A DNA stretch of 18,172 nt, taken from contig CAYSHM010000035.1 of assembly GCA_964430885.1 (NCBI GenBank), positions 1 through 18,172 on the forward strand. Reading direction: 5' to 3'. Made by a program: the position numbers and the translations under genes. Of the stretch, positions 9,231 to 16,540 are shown piece after piece; position 1 is the stretch's first letter; every line of letters begins with the position of its first letter. The notes beneath the pieces were generated by a model. The model did no database searches. It had not been told where the DNA came from and saw only the letters and a program-made list of their open reading frames with translations. The stretch comes from an uncultured archaeon (lineage in GTDB: Archaea; Thermoplasmatota; Penumbrarchaeia; JASLWR01).

Positions 9231-10241
9231 CTAAGTTCCCCTATCAAGAATATCATGAAAATCCTGGATAAGATAACGCCATTGACTGCCGGACATTCCA
9301 GTTTCCAGGGCTGTCCGTTCCAATTCATTGACCATATCTTCAGATTCAGCCTTGGTTATGGCAACCTCATTATGCACCTTGACAAGAGGATAAGGATAAC
9401 CCGGATATCCCGCGTCACGACAGTATCTTGAAAGCACGCCCAGATACTTCGAGGGATCATTCCCCGGGAACAAGTCCGCTCTGAATACGAACTGGGATAA
9501 TGGGTGAAGTTTTACTGCCGTAACCAAAGGTGGTCGGGATGAAATATTATTTCCTCTGAAAATATCCTGACCAAAGGTCACAGGTACATTCAGGTACCAT
9601 TTCTTTTTATGGACCATCCGATTTGACCAGTATTGAATATGGGGCAGCAATGGTATCCCTTTCAAGCTGAGAGAGGTGGATTTGGAGAGCCCTATTAGCT
9701 TAATATTTCTATCTTCAGCTATGCCGAGTATATCTGCCATTTTGTTCTCCAGATGAGGTATTCCAGGCATTAACGTACCGTCAACAAGCAGCATGGAGCC
9801 TGCGGGCAGGTCTGAAACCAAGCTCTCGATCATTTCAAGTTCCTTGGCTTCCCTTACCAAGGATAGTACCGTTTCCGGGTCCTTAACTTTATTGGTCAAC
9901 CGGGGAATTAGCTTGCAATGGGTGAGAAAATCCCGGTTCAGATCGGGTTTTCTGATAAATATGGGGGCCCCCGCCTCCTCCCTTCGGTCCACCTCATTTC
10001 CGTCATCAAAAATAATAGCTAGAACCCTCTGGAACCCTACAATGAAGTTCGGGGCTTTCAAAATTACCGATGAAGAACCATCAACAGCAGCTGTCAGATG
10101 AGGGCCCTTATGGGTTTTAAACACCTGAAAATCGTCTTCTGAAAGGGGAGGAAGCACATTCTGTGAATATACTGATAACAAGGTCTCTGCAATAGACCTT
10201 GACCAATCTCCAACACCCTTGGCAGTCTGCTCCTGGCTCAT
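9231..10241 (-). CDS. nurA: NurA-family nuclease, about 336 aa
   Basis: AAVDGSS, LLVDGTL, IGLSKST and C-terminal GYPYPLVKVHNEV are NurA motifs. Directly upstream of herA. ATG at 10241 preferred over TTG at 10253 because of the TATA-box spacing. Confidence 0.85.
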   Translation of the reverse strand: MSQEQTAKGVGDWSRSIAETLLSVYSQNVLPPLSEDDFQVFKTHKGPHLTAAVDGSSSVILKAPNFIVGFQRVLAIIFDDGNEVDRREEAGAPIFIRKPDLNRDFLTHCKLIPRLTNKVKDPETVLSLVREAKELEMIESLVSDLPAGSMLLVDGTLMPGIPHLENKMADILGIAEDRNIKLIGLSKSTSLSLKGIPLLPHIQYWSNRMVHKKKWYLNVPVTFGQDIFRGNNISSRPPLVTAVKLHPLSQFVFRADLFPGNDPSKYLGVLSRYCRDAGYPGYPYPLVKVHNEVAITKAESEDMVNELERTALETGMSGSQWRYLIQDFHDILDRGT

Positions 10242-10265
10242 TGAAGAAAGCAAAAAGCATGTTGT

Positions 10266-10273
10266 TATTTAAA
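10266..10273 (-). promoter_or_regulatory. Putative archaeal TATA box (TTTAAATA) for a leaderless nurA-herA transcript
   Basis: Lies about 25 nt upstream of ATG 10241, which has no SD motif. The spacing fits archaeal leaderless transcripts. Confidence 0.45.
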
Positions 10274-10426
10274 TGTTGTTCTGAGGTGAAGAAAAGTAAG
10301 AGTGAATCTGTTCGCTATGTTGCCTAATGATCTTTCGTTTTCCCCTAAACTGCAATATGAAAGTTGCATCTATAGCACTCTTTGCTTTTTCATTTAAAAG
10401 AATAAAACAGAGTTCATCCGACATAA

Positions 10427-10464
10427 TTTTAAAAATGATATTGTCGTTTAGGTGGCCCGGGTGA
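10427..10464 (+). promoter_or_regulatory. Putative TATA box (TTTTAAAAA, 10427-10435) and SD (GGGTGA, 10459-10464) of the redox operon
   Basis: TATA spacing places a transcription start just before the SD, which is 5 nt upstream of ATG 10470. Confidence 0.45.
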
Positions 10465-10469
10465 TGAAT

Positions 10470-12440
10470 ATGTCGGTCCGAGGCAATGAAGAACAGGAGG
10501 ATGCTGAGGAGTTCAAGCGCCAAGAGCGTATCTTTGATCTCTGCGGCTGCACCACCTGTCCCGGAAAGGACAATTGTCAGTTGAAGGATGTGATAACTTA
10601 TCTTGATATGGACCTGTCCGCTTTCCGGATCAGCGAAAGGGAGATCCCACTTGAGAACGGTGACCCATTCTTTGACAGGGATTATGACCTCTGTATATTA
10701 TGCGGACGCTGTGTAAGGGTTTGTCATGACATCAGGGGCAATGGAGCAATATCTCTTATCAACCGAGGGTCTAAGGCAAGGGTAGGGACAGCCTTTGGGG
10801 AGGGGCATCTAGAGGGGCCCTGCATGTTCTGCGGAGCCTGTGTGGACGTATGCCCTACCGGAGCTCTGAGCATTAAGGAAAGACGATATTATGGTCAGGC
10901 GGATAGAACGGTGAAATCGACATGCAGCCTGTGCGGGCTGGGCTGTTCTATGGATCTAATGGTGAAATGGAAAAGGGTTGTAGATGCAGAACCAAATATT
11001 GAAGGATGGAATAAAGGGCAGGGCTGCGTACTGGGAAGATTCTGCCTCCCTCAAATGGATCGGATTGCTCCTAGGCTGAAAACTCCATTGATAAGAAAGG
11101 AAGGAGTGTTAGTCCCTGTGGGATGGGATGAAGCGATAGAGGAAACATGTTCCAGACTTGCCGAGTTCAATCCCGGGGACATAGGATTCATATTCTCCAG
11201 GGACCTGACCAATGAAAGTTCAGAGCTCCTTGGCCGGATATCCATCAAAGGATTCCCCGGTTCAAGCAGGTATTTGGATTCGCCCCTTGCTGAATTGATG
11301 CAGAGATATTATTTCAAAATACCGACCAATTCGGTTAGCGCTCAATTTCAGTTTGCCGACAAAACTCAAAAAGACGGCATGATCCTTATAGTAGGCGGGA
11401 GACCGGACCTGACCCACGGACAGCTGATGGCGGATCTGAAAAGGGCCAAGAACAATGGTACTGCAATAGTATATGTCGGATTGCATCCCTATGTCAATAC
11501 CGGCAAGGAAACCATCAATATTGACAGCCGCCAATACTCCGTTGTATTGCTGTCAATTCTAAATAACATGATAAAGGTAAAAGTGGAGGGCGAGGATTTT
11601 GACCTTGATTCAGATGTTGACAGCCAGGGCGAACTGAACAGACTCAGTAGCTTTCTTGACGGTCATTTAAATGGCTCGGATACTGGATCATTTGATGAAA
11701 TCAGCACCATATTGGAGAAGTGTGCGGATAATATCACCATTTTCATGGGAGTGGATATTCTAAACGAAGAAAAAGAAGGGGATCCTGCATTAACAATAAC
11801 TGCTGCTATGGATATTCTTGAACTTTCAGGCAATTCCGGCAGCCTATTGTTCCTATTAGAGGGGAATTCAAGGGGAGTTATTGAAAATATTGTTCTTCAG
11901 GATGCAGATGATTTCGGATCTGGCGATGTGGCTGGAAAAAAGGTAATCTTCACAACTGCCATGGATGCCGAGATCCCTGACTCCGCTGAACTTGTAATAC
12001 TGCAGAATCCGTTTGAAGGAAAATTGACCGATATGTCCGATATCATTCTACCAGCGGCATCCCTTACTGAAACCCATGGAACCATGACTACCCTATACGG
12101 AAAAAAAGCGGTAATCAATGAAGCAGGTCAAGCTCCGGGTACGGCAATGCAGGACAAATGGATATTTGATAGGATAATTGCCAAACTAGGTATTGAGTTG
12201 GAACTGCACAGCGGTGAAAAGGTAGATAATGATCAGCAGAATATTGAGGAGACGGGGAAAGAAAGGGGATCATTCAAAAGCCTTGTTCTCCAGAAACTGG
12301 CAGAATATCCTGATCATAAATTTGATGTAAGAATCGTAAGAAGCGAGCCCTTCACTTTTAGAGGAATTAAGATCCAGAACATTCTTCAGGACCTTGAGGT
12401 TTTTCTTAACCACCGTATGAATCCAAAGGGGGGTGATTGA
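10470..12440 (+). CDS. NuoG/FdhA-like iron-sulfur subunit lacking the N-terminal [2Fe-2S] domain, with a degenerate molybdopterin domain (about 656 aa)
   Basis: Begins with CGCTTCPGKDNCQL, then 2x[4Fe-4S] motifs CILCGRCVRVC and CMFCGACVDVCP, then the Mo-domain cluster motif TCSLCGLGC...GC, plus RLKTPLIR, WDEA and DIILPAA...E. No catalytic Cys/Sec-His motif is visible. Start at ATG 10470 based on the SD. Confidence 0.85.
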   Translation: MSVRGNEEQEDAEEFKRQERIFDLCGCTTCPGKDNCQLKDVITYLDMDLSAFRISEREIPLENGDPFFDRDYDLCILCGRCVRVCHDIRGNGAISLINRGSKARVGTAFGEGHLEGPCMFCGACVDVCPTGALSIKERRYYGQADRTVKSTCSLCGLGCSMDLMVKWKRVVDAEPNIEGWNKGQGCVLGRFCLPQMDRIAPRLKTPLIRKEGVLVPVGWDEAIEETCSRLAEFNPGDIGFIFSRDLTNESSELLGRISIKGFPGSSRYLDSPLAELMQRYYFKIPTNSVSAQFQFADKTQKDGMILIVGGRPDLTHGQLMADLKRAKNNGTAIVYVGLHPYVNTGKETINIDSRQYSVVLLSILNNMIKVKVEGEDFDLDSDVDSQGELNRLSSFLDGHLNGSDTGSFDEISTILEKCADNITIFMGVDILNEEKEGDPALTITAAMDILELSGNSGSLLFLLEGNSRGVIENIVLQDADDFGSGDVAGKKVIFTTAMDAEIPDSAELVILQNPFEGKLTDMSDIILPAASLTETHGTMTTLYGKKAVINEAGQAPGTAMQDKWIFDRIIAKLGIELELHSGEKVDNDQQNIEETGKERGSFKSLVLQKLAEYPDHKFDVRIVRSEPFTFRGIKIQNILQDLEVFLNHRMNPKGGD

Positions 12441-12441
12441 A

Positions 12442-12945
12442 TTGACCGAAGGAAGATCTGAACATATGAACAAATGTGAAGATGAAAGGATCGTGGTAGA
12501 AAATATACTTCGCAGCAGGGAAGGGTCCAGAAAGAACCTAATCCCGCTTCTACAGGATATCCAGGAAGCTTTGGGATACATATCCCCTGAAGCAGTAAGA
12601 ATTATCGCGGAAACTACCGGTATGACTGCCAGCTACATATTCGGCGTGGCTACCTTCTATGCCCAATTCAGATTTCAACGACCCGGTAAATACCAGATAA
12701 GGATATGTGAAGGTACTGCCTGCCATGTCAGAGGTACCCAGGAGATCATATCCGAGGTCAAGAGACGGCTGAACATAGAGAAAGGTGAGACCACAAAGGA
12801 CGGCCTTTTCAGTCTGGAGACCGTCGCCTGTATGGGCTGCTGCGCTTTGGCTCCTGTGATGATGGTAAACGAGGATGTATACGGAGAATGCACACCTGAA
12901 AAGGCTGGCCGGATCATTGAGGATTACTCCATGGAGGCGATCTGA
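12442..12945 (+). CDS. nuoE: NuoE/HydC-like [2Fe-2S] thioredoxin-fold subunit
   Basis: LIPLLQDIQEALGYI, GVATFYAQF, CEGTACH...CMGCCALAP. TTG at 12442 follows SD GGGGGTGA. ATG at 12466 is an alternative start. Confidence 0.92.
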   Translation: MTEGRSEHMNKCEDERIVVENILRSREGSRKNLIPLLQDIQEALGYISPEAVRIIAETTGMTASYIFGVATFYAQFRFQRPGKYQIRICEGTACHVRGTQEIISEVKRRLNIEKGETTKDGLFSLETVACMGCCALAPVMMVNEDVYGECTPEKAGRIIEDYSMEAI

Positions 12946-12946
12946 G

Positions 12947-14866
12947 ATGACATTGGAAGAACTAAGGTCTGAAGCAGAGATCAAGATAAGGGAACTTACG
13001 AAGTGCGGAAAACCTGTGATTTATTTCGGCGCTGCATCATGCGGAAGGGCCGCAGGCGTCCTAGAAACCATATCTGCAGCGAGGGAGGCACTTGACGAAG
13101 TAAATGCGGAAGCGGAGCTCGTGGAGGTAGGCTGTATTGGAATGTGCTGTTACGAGCCCTTGGTCTATCTATCTGTAACTGGAAGCCAACCCCTTTGCTT
13201 CGGTAATGTGACACCTTCTAGGATGAAAAAAATCATCTCCAGCTTCATTGTGAACAATAATTCCCTGGATGATATGGATAACAAGACATATCCATTGGGG
13301 GTATTGGACCTGGACGGATATGAGAATGTGGTAGGTATTCCGCCTTTAACCCAACATCCAATGCTGAAACCCCAGGTGAGATTGGTCCTCAGAAACTGCG
13401 GAAAAATCGACCCCACGGATATCAAGGATTATGTATCAAATGACGGGTACAGGGCTCTGGAGAAAATATTGAAAATGGAACCTGAAGAAGTTATCGATGA
13501 GATAAAAAGATCAGGTTTGGGGGGAAGAGGTGGAGCCGGGTTCCCTACCGGTCTTAAATGGGAGTTATGCAGGAATAACCAAAGTGATTTCAGATACCTT
13601 ATATGCAATGCCGACGAGGGCGATCCTGGAGCTTTCATGAACAGGTCCCTTCTCGAGAGTGATCCGCATGCGGTGCTTGAGGGCATGCTCATTGCGGGAT
13701 ATGCAATTGGGTGCCGGGAAGGCTATATTTATATAAGAGCTGAATATCCACTGGCGATAAAACGGCTGAACACTGCCATAGAACAGATGAAGAAGCACAA
13801 TCTATTGGGTCAGAACATCCTTGACAACGGATTCTCTTTTGACATAAACATAAAGAAAGGTGCTGGGGCTTTTGTGTGCGGTGAGGAAACAGCCCTGATG
13901 GCCTCTATTGAAGGAAAAAGAGGCATGCCCAGGCCGAGACCGCCCTTTCCAGCCCAATCCGGACTATGGGGGGAACCCACCAATATAAACAACGTCGGAA
14001 CACTGGGAAGCGTTGCAAATATCATAAGGATGGGTGGCGTTGAATTTGCCCGGTTCGGTTCTGAAACCGCTAAGGGAACCAAGACATTTTCCCTTGTAGG
14101 CAAGATAGAAAGAACTGGTCTTATCGAGGTCCCGCTGGGAACCTCTCTGGGCGAGATCATTTTCGACATCGGCGGCGGAATCAAGGGCGGAAAGAAATTC
14201 AAAGCAGTTCAGACCGGGGGCCCTTCCGGAGGCTGTATTCCCGCTTCGAAGATAGATATTTCCGTTGACTATAAATCCCTAAGCGAAGTGGGCTCAATAA
14301 TGGGTTCCGGGGGCATAGTGGTAATGGATGAAGATACATGTATGGTGGATATCGCTAAGTTCTTCCTCACCTTCACCCAGGATGAATCATGCGGAAAATG
14401 CCCCCCATGCCGTATCGGAACCAAGAGAATGCTGGAAATACTTATAAGGATAACTGAAGGAAGAGGACGTCCTGAAGATATAGATCAGCTGATCAAGCTC
14501 TGCGATACCATAGGAAAAGCATCCCTCTGCGGTCTAGGGCAGACTGCACCAAATCCAGTATTGACCACTCTGACCTATTTCAGGGACGAATATGAAGCAC
14601 ACATCTATACTAAAAGATGTCCTGCAAAGGTCTGCAAGGAACTCTATGAATTCCACATTGATCCTGAGACCTGCATAGGCTGCGGACAATGCTCGAAGGC
14701 CTGCCCCGTGAATGCCATAACAGGAGAAAGAAAAGAAGTTCACATAATCGATAAAGATGAATGCATAAAGTGCGGTGTATGCTTTGCAGTGTGTCCGAAA
14801 AAGGTAAGGGCTGTAAAGAAGATCGATAGATATCCAAAGACTGATGAAGAAGGTGATCTGGAATGA
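12947..14866 (+). CDS. nuoF: NuoF/HydB-like FMN- and NAD(H)-binding subunit, long form with N-terminal thioredoxin-like domain and C-terminal 2x[4Fe-4S] domain (about 639 aa)
   Basis: GRGGAGFPTG, CNADEGDPGAFM, FVCGEETAL, GGPSGG, ESCGKCPPCR...LC, and C-terminal CIGCGQCSKACP and CIKCGVCFAVCP. ATG at 12947 with SD GGAGG at 12933-12937. Confidence 0.93.
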   Translation: MTLEELRSEAEIKIRELTKCGKPVIYFGAASCGRAAGVLETISAAREALDEVNAEAELVEVGCIGMCCYEPLVYLSVTGSQPLCFGNVTPSRMKKIISSFIVNNNSLDDMDNKTYPLGVLDLDGYENVVGIPPLTQHPMLKPQVRLVLRNCGKIDPTDIKDYVSNDGYRALEKILKMEPEEVIDEIKRSGLGGRGGAGFPTGLKWELCRNNQSDFRYLICNADEGDPGAFMNRSLLESDPHAVLEGMLIAGYAIGCREGYIYIRAEYPLAIKRLNTAIEQMKKHNLLGQNILDNGFSFDINIKKGAGAFVCGEETALMASIEGKRGMPRPRPPFPAQSGLWGEPTNINNVGTLGSVANIIRMGGVEFARFGSETAKGTKTFSLVGKIERTGLIEVPLGTSLGEIIFDIGGGIKGGKKFKAVQTGGPSGGCIPASKIDISVDYKSLSEVGSIMGSGGIVVMDEDTCMVDIAKFFLTFTQDESCGKCPPCRIGTKRMLEILIRITEGRGRPEDIDQLIKLCDTIGKASLCGLGQTAPNPVLTTLTYFRDEYEAHIYTKRCPAKVCKELYEFHIDPETCIGCGQCSKACPVNAITGERKEVHIIDKDECIKCGVCFAVCPKKVRAVKKIDRYPKTDEEGDLE

Positions 14867-15609
14867 TAACCATTAATGGTACAGAATATGAGTTCATCGA
14901 AGGCTTCACTGTTATGGAAGCCGCCGAGCAGGCTGGGCATTACATTCCAAAACTCTGCTCTCATCCATTACTGCCTCCCTTCGGAGCATGCAGGTTGTGC
15001 CTGGTCAAGATCCAAGGGATGAGAGGATATCCGACTTCATGCACTACACCTCTCAGGGACGGCATGGTGATCACCACAGAGGACCATGAGCTCAGATCTC
15101 TGAGGCGAAGCATAATGGAGCTCATTCTATCCGAACACCCCAATCGATGTTTCGGATGCGCCGCCTGTGTTTTGGATTGTGTGGTATGCGCATATCTGGA
15201 TACTGATGAGGAGGTCAGACCCAGATCCATAATGGAAAGGCTGGACATGAACGAGAACCCCCTGGATGGAAAGGAAATTTGGTGCTGTGCCGCCTGCCAT
15301 AAATGCGCAGACGGATGTCCTCACGGATCAAATCCTCAACAGACCTGCTCACTGCTCAAGGAGAGGGCGCTGAAGGAGGGAAAAGTTCCAAAAGGGATAA
15401 TGGCAATGTCAAAAAACATTATAGAAAGCGGTTATTCAGTCCCAATAAATCCCAATGTTGACCGCCAAAGAGAGAGAAGCGGATTGCCTGCATTAAATCG
15501 GCCGAATTCCCGGGAACTCATGAGCATCTTGAAGAGAGCTGGTTCCGCGGAACTTTTCGGATTTGAAAAAGATAAGGACGGAGAAGAAGAAGAGGTGGTG
15601 GCAGAATGA
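14863..15609 (+). CDS. Fusion protein: NuoG/HydA N-terminal [2Fe-2S] domain plus heterodisulfide reductase subunit C (HdrC)-like domain, 248 aa
   Basis: Residues 1-93 carry IPKLC32...GAC43RLC46LV...TSC60TTP...RRSIMELILSEH92P. Residues 96-248 carry C96xxC99xxC102xxxC106, RPRSIM, EIWCC142xxC145xxC148xxxC152P and an HdrC-like tail RERSGLP. ATGA overlaps with both neighbouring genes. Confidence 0.85.
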   Translation: MITINGTEYEFIEGFTVMEAAEQAGHYIPKLCSHPLLPPFGACRLCLVKIQGMRGYPTSCTTPLRDGMVITTEDHELRSLRRSIMELILSEHPNRCFGCAACVLDCVVCAYLDTDEEVRPRSIMERLDMNENPLDGKEIWCCAACHKCADGCPHGSNPQQTCSLLKERALKEGKVPKGIMAMSKNIIESGYSVPINPNVDRQRERSGLPALNRPNSRELMSILKRAGSAELFGFEKDKDGEEEEVVAE

Positions 15610-16502
15610 AAAGCTTTGCCTATTTTCCAGGCTGCGTTATTCCCGTGAACTATCCTCATATAGAGAAGATCACCCTGGACATGCTGAAAAGATTCAATAT
15701 CGAACTCCTTCACCTAGAAGGTTTCTCCTGCTGTCCGGAACCTATAGAGTTCGCCTCTCTTCACCCCCTTACCACACTGGGTTTCTCTGCAAGGAACCTC
15801 GCCATCGCCCAGGAAACCGGATTGGACATATTAACAGCATGCAACGGATGCACCTTGAGCCTGAAGGATGCTGCTGATAAGCTGGAAAAGGACCCCGAGT
15901 TACTCGGGAAGGTAAATGAAGTTCTCCAGGATACTCCTTTCAGGTACAACGGCGGTGTAAAGGTATATCATTTTTTAGAGGTTTTCAAAGATATTATAGG
16001 AAGAGATAAACTAGCTGCTTCAGTAACCAGGCCGCTGACAGGAGTCCGAATCGCCACGCATACCGGATGCCATCTGCTGTCCCCTCCTGAATTGATAGGA
16101 TTCGAAGCAGATCCCGGAACACCTGTGGAGTTTGACCAGTTGATAGAGGCAATAGGCGGGATACCGGTGGATTACGCGACCAAAACCCTCTGCTGCGGAA
16201 TTTCTCACAGTCTAGGTGGAACACCAAAATCCAGCTTCCTAATGGTAAAGGACAAGATTGTTGACGTTGACAGCAACCGAGTTGACTGCATGGCTGTCGG
16301 CTGTCCTTCATGCCTTTCTCAGCTGGATAAGGGACAGCACATAGTTGCCCGCAAATTCAAACTGGACATATCCATACCCGTGCTCTACTTCACCCAGCTA
16401 TTAGGTCTGGCCCTTGGTTTGGACCTCAAAGAGGTAGGCTACATGAAGAACAGGGTAAAGAACAAGGAGTTCCAGCAGAAAATTGAAGGCTTGGGTAATT
16501 GA
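15606..16502 (+). CDS. hdrB: Heterodisulfide reductase subunit B (two CCG domains), 298 aa
   Basis: C10-x31-C42C43-x35-C79xxC82 and C155-x40-C196C197-x35-C233xxC236. Also YFPGC, ARNLAIA, HTGCH, QLDKGQ and IPVLYFTQLLGLALG. Confidence 0.93.
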   Translation: MKSFAYFPGCVIPVNYPHIEKITLDMLKRFNIELLHLEGFSCCPEPIEFASLHPLTTLGFSARNLAIAQETGLDILTACNGCTLSLKDAADKLEKDPELLGKVNEVLQDTPFRYNGGVKVYHFLEVFKDIIGRDKLAASVTRPLTGVRIATHTGCHLLSPPELIGFEADPGTPVEFDQLIEAIGGIPVDYATKTLCCGISHSLGGTPKSSFLMVKDKIVDVDSNRVDCMAVGCPSCLSQLDKGQHIVARKFKLDISIPVLYFTQLLGLALGLDLKEVGYMKNRVKNKEFQQKIEGLGN

Positions 16503-16540
16503 AATGTTGCATTCAGTATTGAATTATTTTCATATATTAT

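Noticed and set aside
9138-9233. TAG read-through (pyrrolysine) extension of NurA
   Set aside because: NurA already ends after its normal C-terminal motifs. The extension would be low-complexity, and no pyl genes are in the window.
10254-10469. Frameshifted remnant of the missing [2Fe-2S] domain upstream of the first redox gene
   Set aside because: The region is AT-rich with TATA-like boxes for both directions, and I see no C-x10-C-x2-C-x13-C coding trace.
10452-12440. Selenocysteine-containing formate dehydrogenase
   Set aside because: The ORF is open with no internal TGA and no Cys/Sec-His catalytic motif. TGA acts as an ordinary stop at the coupled junctions.
12442-14866. Respiratory complex I (nuo) operon
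   Set aside because: No membrane or quinone-module subunits (NuoA-D, H-N) are present, and the long HydB-type architecture points to a soluble complex.
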